From Aplysia californica (taxonomy: Eukaryota): 54,871 nucleotides of DNA. The DNA is taken from the NCBI RefSeq assembly GCF_000002075.1, contig NW_004797825.1, positions 137,422 through 192,292 on the forward strand, written 5' to 3'. Shown here piece after piece: positions 12,908 to 24,200 of this stretch (positions are counted from its first letter, which is position 1; the number at the start of each line of letters is the position of its first letter). A model generated the notes under the pieces. The model did not search any database and had not been told where the DNA came from. It saw nothing but the letters and a program-made list of their open reading frames with translations. Made by a program: the position numbers and the translations under genes.

Positions 12908-13312
12908 CTGTCTCACTGGTACCGAGTTCTTCTGGATTAGAGAATCTAGTCAAAATCAAAACAATTGTTTCGCAGTTTCGGGAAAAACAGGAAGAGTAGC
13001 AGACCTTGGATTTCTAAAAACTTAAACTGATGTTTTGCGATTTGTGTGCAGAATAATAATATTAATCTCCTTTCAATTCAAGCTCTAACTAGATCTATGT
13101 CCACAAAATTGAGATGATTCCAAAAATAGAAATTAAAATGAACGGTAAAAAATATTCTAGAAAGAATTAGATATAGATCTATCTAAGTTATTCATTTTTG
13201 CTTTTTGCTTGGAAAAAGTAGAAAGTATGCTGCCACAGAATTCTGTGGCTGCAAGTGCTCCCACACGAAGGGGAATAACTCTGCCTGACAGTAACCATCG
13301 ACTTGTTTAAAC

Positions 13313-13377
13313 ATGGCGTCGTCCAATGTTCAGTACTACGAAAAACAAAAAGAATTGCAGGATACAATGTCGAGATG
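13313..13377 (+). CDS. KIZ: KIZ coding exon 1 ([21 protein letters not shown])
   Basis: Kozak context aaacATGG, donor TG|gtact, phase 2. Confidence 0.85.
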
Positions 13378-16300
13378 GTACTTATCAATATTATTCTCAC
13401 TTGATTATTGATTGATAACCGTACTCTTTATGTAGATCTAGATCTAGTTCTTTTGTTACTAGATCTAGATCTAGAATCTAGATCTACTTCCTTACATTTT
13501 TTTGTTACTAATCAAGATCTAGAATCATTTTTGTAACTTTAGCAGTGGGATGAACCCCTCTGCACCCCCCCTCCCCCCCATCTACACCCCCCCCTTCTAC
13601 CGGAGTAAATCTAGTAGTGGTCTGCTAATGATAATGTGAGGCCTACGGCCCTCCCTACAGTAGTACATATGGCCCTCTAAAGTATAGATTTCGATCTATC
13701 TAGCCTAATTAAAAGTATGCTCACGGCCTTGATAATCGCTCAGCTGGACATCGTCACTTTATCGATCGATATCTTGGCCAAGACAAAGATTGTGTATAAC
13801 AGGGAAGCTCACTGTCACTCCTCTATTTGAGCCAATTGAAAAAGTGTCCTCAAGATTCAGTGGTGCCCTATTTGAAAAAGACATGCCGTTAACATAGAAC
13901 GACGCATCTTTCTGATTAGCTGCTAATTTTATTAATGTGATGCCATCACTTCCTGGGATACCCACAGACTATTTTAAGAAGGCCATGGAGGTACCGCATG
14001 GAATGACGTGTTTTCGGTATGTAAAAACTTTTCGGAATTCCTAGATCTAGGCCTAGTACTAGTAGATCTACTTGGACATGATGGAAGAGCGCTTGGATCT
14101 AGATCGTTGATGCTCAGAACAGTAAGATTAAGAACGCTGATGCTTGAAATTGAAACACGGTAAATGCAAAGGCAATTCAATAAACCGCACGAAAACTTCA
14201 GTAAAGACGCTGGAGGATTAGATATAGATCTACCCCGCCTCTTGCATTCTTCATCACTAATTTACATTACAAAAAACAAACTACAAAGCAACAAATTCTA
14301 ATTTATGGGACTAACTGTTGGTCAGTCGGGATGAGGAGAAGAGAGAAAAAACCCCCACAAAAAAAACTTCCAGGACCGGGATCGAACCGCTCATAAAATA
14401 ATTGCAGACTTCAAACGCAGACGCGCTGTCCATTCGGCCATCAGAACTTCCAACAACGAGAGGTAAATTAGGCTTGATATACATAGACACTTCCATCTTT
14501 GGTGCCATGCAGTTGGCTATACTTAGATGTGGTCATGTGATCAGAGGGGTGTATCCTGGTCTGACGTCAAACAAGATGGGCGCCTTACCTAAAAATCGTT
14601 TGCGTCGTTCTCTGTTTAATCGCAGGTTCGAAAAAGTGTGGATATACCGATCAGAGTTGGGTACCCTACTTGTATGAAAAATAATAAAAAATCAAACTCA
14701 AACTGTGCTATTCCTATTCTTTTCCTGGAGAAATGAAAGAGAGCTTCAAAACACAGACTGCAGCATCATCTGAACCAATGCGTAGACTTCTGCGTACACA
14801 GGGTTCCTGCGGCCTCCTTGAATTCAAGGAATCCTTGAAAACTCCTTGAATTTGCATTCAAGGAAAAATCTCCTTGAAAACTCCTTGAATTTGAGGAACC
14901 TCCTTGAAAAGTCCTTGAATTTTGCCAGCTCGGGCAGAAGGTGACTGCCAGGGTGCGGGGCCCCCGGAAATTACCCCGAAATTTGAAAAAAAACGCCCGA
15001 GACCCTGGAATGCCCCTGGGAATTTGAAGAAGTCTCTGTAAATTGCCCCGGAAAAGACTCGGGAAAATATATAAATTTCTCTAATACTTAAAAACCGAAT
15101 CCAATGACGTCCTTGAGTTCATTTTTGCCAATCGCGATTGTGATATTCGGCTTTTCCCGGCCTGAGAGTATGTTACCCGAGCCAGGCGGCTATGGCAGCA
15201 AGCGGAAGTGTATGAGTGATAAGCCCCCTACTGAAGCTCGATCGGGAAAATCAAGATTTACTTTCGCTTTCGTTACCACCCAGAAATTTGCTGGTAGTAG
15301 TCTGATAACGCAACATTTGTGACATGCAGGTTGTGCATTGCAAACGCTGTGTCACTGTGAAAAAAATCATTTGTCCTGTGCTGTCACTTGTGGAAAAAAA
15401 GAAAGTTATACAAAAGCGTCTTGTTGGGCTTGCCATCGTGACCGGTCAGTGAACCTGTTCGTACGCATCATCGTGAGTATCGGCGTGAGGTCACCAAAGT
15501 TAATTCAAAGTCTGAACGCTACAAAGTATAGGACTCGGGAATGGGGGGGATTACTGATTTTAAAAAAATTAAGATGCTTGCGGGGGAGGGGGATGGGGTT
15601 GAAAGTAACACCGGATGACAAAAACTGAACTTGGAAGCAGATTTTACTTTTCCGAATTTTGACTACAACTAGATTCAGACCTAGAGCTCTCTGCAAACCG
15701 CGCGTTGGAGCAGGCTTTGTGTGGAATCGGGATCAGTGATACTCATACTCAAACCTTGTAAGCCATGTTTTATTTTAAACTAAAGGGTTCCCATTTCTTT
15801 TTGTATGATGAATTGTTTCTATATTTTAGCTTTCTGTTCAAGATTCCCGGATTTTCAGTGTCACTGCATCTTTCCCTCCCACAGTTCTTACATCTCTTTC
15901 CCTGAATAGTTCGACTTGAGCCATTCAAGTTGTTACTCTACTTTGAGTTTGTCTTTCACGTTTATTATGTATACTTTGACACCCATACTGGTTCTTGACA
16001 GTCGATATTCTGGCTCAAAACAAGATTCATTTTTATATTATAGTGTGAGTATGATGAGGGAAAAATATAAGTAAGAACAGACTGAAATACCTAAGTCACG
16101 CAATACCCCAGTGCCACACTGACATGTTGTTGACTAGATATAATGTGTACCTACATGCGCGTGCGTATGTGTGTATATTAGATACTGTTATATAACATGC
16201 CCCTGAAAAATGGATGAGACCCCTGGAAAATTGAGAAGCCGGGTTGGCAGTCACCCTGGAACAGAGTTTTTGTTGGTAAATAAAAACTATGATTTCTTTC

Positions 16301-19300
16301 GGATAAGTGTTGGCCTATCGGAAATAGGCTTTTGTCATGAATTTCTTGATCAAATCTTCTTTAATTTATAAAATTTCTCCTTGAAACCTCCTTGAAATCT
16401 CCTTGCTTTTGGTGGGAAGTTCATGACAGGAACCCTGCATACACTTTTTTTTTTTTGGCTGAGTGAACTATCTCGTTATGTATGATTCCAAGAGACGCTC
16501 TACAAGGTAACTTGCAAAGTCTTTGGTCACTATTTATAACTTTGACCTGTAATTTATTAATTCGTTTTCCATAGGAATGTTGAAATTTTCCATTGAAAAA
16601 GGTCAGCGTCTATACCTTTATATACGGCCTGCGCACTTCCCGATCGAAGTAGGTCAGCCCTATATAGGGCCTGCGCGCTTCCCGGGTAGCCCCAAAGATC
16701 GTTGCAGATAATCTTTTGTTGTCCAGCTCACGTCCTTTATATAGGGCCTGCGTGCTTCCCGGGTTAAGTTTGTTCACTTGAAGTGTCTGGTTTGATAGCT
16801 TATGTGCCGCCTACAAAGCCTAGATCTAGCTTATTATTATTATGTGAAGTGGAGGGCTGTACACATAGCCTCGATGCTATGCATACGGGAGCCGTACGCA
16901 TAGCCACTTCGAATAATAATAATACCTCAGCGGCTCAGCGCTTCAGTTGTTGAGATTGAGATCAGTTTGAGAGTGAAGAAGAGATTTCGACAACTTTGAC
17001 GGACAAGAGAGTCTTTGATACGATATAATCAATTGAATCTACTTAAGAAAATAATCATAAACAAAAACCAATCTTTATCCACCCCCCTCCCCCTCCTCCT
17101 TATAGCTAAATAAAATTATCAAACAACTATGTGCAAAAACAACTCAATATTTAAATTGGCTGGGTTTACCTGAAACTTCTGGTGTCACTAGTATCTTCTT
17201 TTCGGTTGGAACTTTAATTCTTGTGGGCTGAATGAATAGCCATTAAGCCTGTGATCTGTGATTGTTTTGGAATGAGGCTCTCATCAATTTTTGGGCATAT
17301 ATGGAGTTAGCAACATAATCTTATAGCCTGTTCATTTGTGTTGCTTTTGATGAAAAATAATGATCTATAGATCTTGAATAAAAGTTGAGATATTTGGGGT
17401 TGAAGGAGGGGGGGGGTTGTCTGGTGTAAACAGTAAAATTAGGGAAAAAATGTGGTTCCAAAGCTTGAGTGCCCTTGGTCACTGCAATTTAATTTTTTGG
17501 GGGGTACTTTTGATCAACTTTATCAATGAAATCCACACAGAAGTATCTTTTTTTATTGGGCTTAAAAGGTGCAGAGCCCACTAAAAATATTCTGTAAAAT
17601 ATGTTGATTTCTTTGATTTCATTAATTTGATAAGTGTTTGATTTCACCTTGATACCACAGAATTTTGCACTGTATTCTTTTTATTGTGAATATGTCATTC
17701 CTTGACTTTTTGAAGCATGCAACTCCCAAAATCAGTTAAGATACAAATGATGGATATTATCCTCAGTTCCAACCTTGATATTTTCCATAACTCATGACAT
17801 CTCTATTTATTTGGTTTTAGGCAAAAAAAAGAATGATTTTAAATTAAATTTTAAAAGTCAGAATGCAAGAATATTTGTAGATTGTTTATGAGTGGGATCT
17901 GTCTTGTGAGAATTCTTGTTCTTCACACTTAATGAGGTAACATATAAAGTAGTTCATCATTTTTGGCTGCCTTAAACGCATTCAGGACACATTTTTTCTG
18001 CTGTTGGAACTATTTGGACATGATTATTTTGTCACTGCGTGAATCAGTTTAAGAGTATGTAAATGAAATAGAGCAAAATCATCCCCAAACTGGAGGATTA
18101 TGTTCCAAGAAGCTTTCCTTTCATATTTTATATGCTCACTGATTTTACAAAAAGAAATAGAATAGAAATAACGAAATAAACAACCATGTTCAGATTGCCT
18201 GTAAATCAGTGATATGTCCAAAATGTGTTCCCTTGGAGTGACTGAATATCAACAATATGTCTGGGAAAAGTTAAGCTTGGTGTCCTAAGACCTACTGTAA
18301 TTTTGATGTGATATGAGTGAAGACAAAAAGGCTTTGTCTTTCGCTGTAATTCTTCTGATTCTTATATGACAGAAAGTTGACAGATTTGAACTTGAGCAAT
18401 CATTATCTGATGGAAAAAATATCCATTTAGTGTTTAATTGCAGTTATGAGTTTATTTGTTTTCTTTATTCTGCATTAAATTCGCCTTCAAAGAAGAAACT
18501 AGAGAATCGTTGTCTAAATTCGATTAAGTCAGAGTGCTTTCCTTTGATTTTTTTTTCAGTGAACAGCAGAGATTCAATCTTGAAAGAGAATTTAGGCTGT
18601 CTATGCAAGCTGATCAAACTTCGTAAGTATACTATTGTGAAAATTAGGGAAAATAACAAATTGAAAATATATTTGTCTGTTTGTTTTTTTGTGTATTTGT
18701 CCTTTGTATCCTCCTGCTCTGTGCCTTTGTGGGTCTATTTTTTTCTATTCTTTTGTTCTTTCCCATCTTGCTGCATCTTTTCATAATAGTCTCTTTATCT
18801 GTATGTATCTTTTGATTTAGACTCTTTTGATTCTTCACTTGTGAATGCTTGTGTATGTGTGAGTCTGTTCATGATTGTAAGTATGAGTATGTGCGTGTGC
18901 ACCAGTTAGTTTTTAACTTACATGTTTGTATACACAGTATGTGCTTGTATGTATATTGTGCTTTTGAGCATGCACATAAGCACANNNNNNNNNNNNNNNN
19001 NNNNNNNNNNNNNNNNNNNNNNNNNNNNNNNNNNNNNNNNNNNNNNNNNNNNNNNNNNNNNNNNNNNNNNNNNNNNNNNNNNNNNNNNNNNNNNNNNNNN
19101 NNNNNNNNNNNNNNNGTGTGTGTTTGTATCTGTGCATTGTGCAAGTAAGTGTGAATATGCCAATGTGTTTATAATGAGTGACTGCATTTAGTCATCATTT
19201 TTTTTTTGGGGGGGGGGGGTCAGTTTATCAGGTTTTTCAAAAATGTTTGTAAATTGTTCCTGTAACTATGTTATGACACATACTTTATCTTTAATGAGTT

Positions 19301-21257
19301 ATGTAACTGACTTTCATTAGCAAATTAGCTGCACATTACCATTTATTTTCATAGAATGAAAACAATATGCAGTTTTGGACTTTTCTGACAAAGGTGTATT
19401 TTTTCAGAAATTATTATAAATTTACTACTTTTTGTTTCTCAGTATAAATAAGAATATTGCTATAATTTAAATATTACTTTTGAAATTTTTAAATTTGGAA
19501 TTCATTTCTGTTGTAGCTGATCTTTAGACAACATTGATTTCATTTCATATTTATTTCAGAGCAAAAATGAAAGCAACAAGACTGCAAACGTACTGGAGAA
19601 AGATTTGTGATGATGAGAAAAGAGCAAAGCAACGAAATGAAATGTTAATACGAGAATTTGAGAGAATTGATGCCCATATGGCTGAAATGAATGCACGAAC
19701 ACAAAGGCTAGCTCTGATGAAGGTATACTTTTTTTTCAGTGGTTCTGATCATGTATTCTTTTTTTTAATGTGTATTTTGTGAACATGCTACTCGTGATTA
19801 CATGTGAAAGAAATCTGAATTTGGTCAACGATTATGTGTTTTGAGATTTTAAAGCATTGATTGCAAAGATATATGTGTGATTTGAATCTGTCAAAGTCCA
19901 GTCATTATGTTAACCCTTTGAACCCTAAAAACCAATATTTCGTCTGAGACAGGTCTCTGTGCCCCAAATGCCCGATACATTGGTATTCTATAATTACATT
20001 AAACCTGACAGTTCAAGCAGGCCCATAAATCAGGAACTGAGAGGAACTAGGACAATCAGGTTCGAGACCTTAGGATTCAAAGGGTTAAAACCATTTGTTT
20101 GAGCTCAGTGAATAGTGAATATAGAAAATGTTACATTGATAATATGTCATAGTTTATTATAGGCTACTTTAATTACATACTTTATGCTCCAAGGCCTGAT
20201 TTATGAGGACATTTTGCGTTCTCATTGTTTATAATATGAGTCATTCATATGCCAGACTCAAGTAAAATTCAAATGTTATACGCAAGATAGTCATCAAAAT
20301 GTACACAATTTTCCTATACAGAGACAGTATGAGGATTATGTGGCACGGACATATCCTGAATGGAATGAGCTCATGTACGGATCTCCTCAACAACAGCAGC
20401 AGCCCAATCCGGGGACTCAAGCACCAAGAGCAGAAGCTCAGCCACAGGTCATTGACAAAGCTAGCAGTTTTTGTTTGTTTTTACAGTAGGCCTACAATAA
20501 CATATGTGAAGGAAATCTCTGTCAGATTGTCGCAAGCAAAAATGATCAAATGTGTGTCAAACCCAGGGGCAGTGCCACTGACTGGAGTGTCTTTAGGCCA
20601 TTTCCAAAGGGGGGACATTTCTCATTCATGCACAGTAGAATTGTAAATGAGCTGATTCATCAATGTCACGCTCATAACTGTGCCTGATCTACAGCAAGGA
20701 ACTGTTGCTTTTTCTTTCCTAATCTTTATTATTGTCATTTTTACTCTACTTCTTTTGTATGTTTGTCACTCTCTTGTGACCCGCTATTTCCGGGGTGCCT
20801 TGATAGTCGAAGCAGACTTTGTGCTGTTGAAGCTAGAGAGGTGAGCAGAGTCAGCCTGGTTCCGTGTAAAGACTTCTCTGTTGACATCCACCCCTTGGCG
20901 CCCATATGACCTTATGCAGTTGCGAGTGCAGTAAAACCTCTACTAAATTTTTTTAAAAATTGTGTGTCGTCGGTGTAACTAAGTAGCTTTGTGTGTTGAT
21001 TTTTTCATGTCTGTTGATTTTTACCAACTTGGATTGGACATATACAGTGCGTACAATACCTTTATACCTGTATATATGTTTAGATAGCTTGTGTTTTGAA
21101 GCCATGATTTTCATCATTAATAGATAATAGTCTTTTTAAAAAAAAATTGTCAATATGTCTTTATCTTGGTGGCAATATTCAAATATGTAGGCAGCAGAAA
21201 ATTGTCAAATGGTTGCTGACTCATGTACCATGTCAAACACGCTTCTGTAATGTTGTC

Positions 21258-21294
<37 letters not shown>

Positions 21295-24200
21295 CAATAA
21301 ACTGTTTAACGTTGTTAACTTCACACAATTTTAAGAATGTGTAACTCAAATGCTAAACATCCAATAACTGACATTTTTACACATCTCACCAATTGAGCAC
21401 TTACGAGACATTTTAGCTCGAGCAATTCGTGCTAGACCACATCAGCTCCAGATCCCACTAAGTTAGAACAAGCTATAATTCAAGAGTGGAATAACATCCC
21501 TCAATAGACAATAACTCGACTCATTCAGTCCATGCATGTATGATGCAAAACTATGATCAACACCAGAAGTCATCGCACATGTTCATGAAGCTGTCACTTT
21601 GCACTTAAACCCCTGACAAATATGAGTTTAAAACTGAAGATTAGAAACAATCTTTTGTTTTTTCATTCAACATGTTTACCTTGTTGTAAAATTAATGCAC
21701 TGTCTTATCTGAAAATTTCAGACAGATTTGATCAGTATTAACCAAGATGCTGCCCTTAATATGAGGTGTGAAGTTAAAAATGTCGAAGAGTAGGCTATAT
21801 AAGCATTTATATCAAATATTAATTTCAGTCATTAGTGCTTCACTCATGACTTCTATTATTTCTTTTATATTTCTTTCACTTATCAGTCAAAGTTACAGCC
21901 CCAAAGTTCAACTTCTCCTCGAGTAAGCAAACAGCAACCGCCTACACAAGTACAAAAGCCAATAACTCCAAGGTCTCCTCAACGACAACAACAGCTAGCT
22001 ACGACACCCAGAGAGCAATTTCAGCGACAAGAAATTCAAGAAAGGCAAGAGCAAGTTGGTCAGTCAGGTAGTAGCAGTCATCCTGGGCCAAGGACACGAG
22101 CTGAGGAGAATGTACAGAGGTTGGGTAAGAGAATGCAGTTTTCACTTCAGATTAGTTCTCTCATTACTTAATTGAGTATAGGTATGTCACAATACAATAC
22201 AAGCCATTTAGATTAAATATAAACAAGTCGATGAACAGGCGGATAGTTGTTCCATCTGTTTTTGTAGTGTGTATTTGTTTTTATAATGATGTGACAAAAA
22301 TTGAATCTTTTATTATGTATGTTAAAATAGGAAAGGAAATTTGTACTCTAAAGAGTATTCTGTTGTTTTTTTAAACCCATGACACTGGCCTTTTTCTGAA
22401 TAGTTTTCTTTTCCATTTAGTTGTATACGTTGTTTTTTTTCTGTTCTTTGTCGTATTCAAGCAAAAATCACTGTAATGCAAACTTAAGCTGAAGGTGAGA
22501 TAAGTGAGACAAGGATTGTAAGTGAATATTATGTCGCTGTGTGAGTATTATTTGTTTTGTTTTTTCATGTTTAAAAAAGAATATAGTGATACAGCGGTTC
22601 ATTCTTTTTCAGGTGGACAGGCTGAACGAGGTCAAAGTGGAAATAGCTCTGTGCACCCGACGGTTAACCAAAATCAGAGTGTGAGCAGTGGTGCTGGGGT
22701 CTATCAGAATCTTCCCAGTGCTCGCAGCACCAAGGAAAATGATGGACTTCATGGTCAGCTGCAAGAATCATCTCTTGAGCAAGATGAGGAGATTTCCCAA
22801 CCAATCAGGAGTGTGGAAATACAGTCAAAGACATCGGGCAGGATGGTACAAGCCCCTCAATGTATGAACACACTGTTCTTGAAAATTCCATTTCCTTTTT
22901 TATTCTCATTTATTCCCAAACTTAAGATGAGTTAAAGAAAAAAACATTTCATATCTAGGGGTCTGATACTGAATGAAATTAAGTGCTTTCTGGACGTTTT
23001 GAAATGCGATGTGAAACTGGCAGTTATAGTGAGTAAGATAAACCTTATAATTCTGAATTTTTCATTTAGGTTGTTTGGCTCTCTGATGTTCAGGAACTAG
23101 TGTAACATTGTTAGGTAAAGAATAAAGTTGAAGCCTATTTATTTGAAAGTGAATATCTTCACTGCGTAAGTTTTTACTTGCTTGTAGTAGTGTGGGGTTT
23201 TGGATATTGTGTTACTAAAAAAATGCAGAGGCTTTCAGAAGATAACAGTATTTTCATTTGAGTTTATAGGTCTGCTTTATTGCAGGCTTACCCATAGATG
23301 CTATGTTTTCTGACTGAACTACCATTTCAGTGTGTGACAACTGACTGTTCTTGTGGTTATTTCACTGAGTTGAAGTCTTGTGTTCTCTTTGAGTCCTGCC
23401 TTAAGTCCGTTTCTTTTTCCCTCATCCTAGATAAACTAATCTGACTTTGTGTCGTCTTTTGGATTCTCATTCCTACATTCATGAAACACAGTCAGATTGT
23501 CTTCTCACTGATTTAAAAATGGACTTCACTTAAAACTCAAGTTACAAGGTGGCGACACCTGCATAGTTCCGGGATTTGGTCCATGTTATCACAGTAGAAA
23601 AGCTTCTTGCCCCAATGATATTAAAGAAGAGGTAGCGGGTTATAAAGATATTCTGTTTACACCAGCAGGGTATCCTGCCCCTCTCAACCCTTTCATGACA
23701 GCTCCCTCACAGAGCATTCAACGTCATGAGTCGAGTTGTTGTCCTCCCATACAATGTACATCCTAAAACCAGTTGTTTTGGGCAATTGTGTTGATCAATG
23801 ACATGCATTATGTGTGGTTTTATTACTGTACTGCAATGGCTTTGAATGTAATTTGACCTGAAAACTAATGAAAGATTCTAAATCTGCGATACCATTGATG
23901 TATGAATCACACAAATCTTCCATTTTGAAGGAGACTGCAAAATGACTGAAACTGCTCCATCCTGGCAAGCAAAAACTGGGCGCAGAAAAAGTTGATTAAA
24001 AAAAAGCTGGTCAACATGAAGGGATTAAGGAAGATTGTCTGATCAGATAACAATAGTGTATTGTCTCTATCCCTTCCTTCTTCCACCTATACTCAAGCCA
24101 GCAGAGAATATGTTGAGCCCCGTATGGAACATGTTATTTTTTTGTCTTCCTAGGCAGTGAACTCATACACAAATGTGAGGAGTGCTGACAAAATGAGTGA

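Noticed and set aside
14402-14420. TGCAGACTTCAAA resembling the tRNA-Sec anticodon arm
   Set aside because: No D, T or acceptor arms on the plus strand; the A/B boxes are on the minus strand and fit a SINE head.
14810-14925. tccttgaa direct-repeat array, and similar arrays at 11815-11905, 16617-16767, 35910-36095 and 40876-40915, as CRISPR-like repeats
   Set aside because: Units are short with irregular spacing, most lie in transposon subterminal regions, the context is eukaryotic and there are no cas genes.
15540-15660. Possible remnant of a hAT transposase N-terminus (LKVTPDDKN)
   Set aside because: Too short and too disrupted to support.
18849-19191. Long ORFs spanning N runs (also 24945-25304 and 44752-45295)
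   Set aside because: Artefacts of translating assembly gaps, apart from the true KIZ exon that starts at 25269.
19723-20321. KIZ intron 3 donor GTATACTTT, one base from the U12 consensus
   Set aside because: The +5 C is missing, and the only branch-like motif (ttcctatac) abuts the AG. Treated as a U2 intron.
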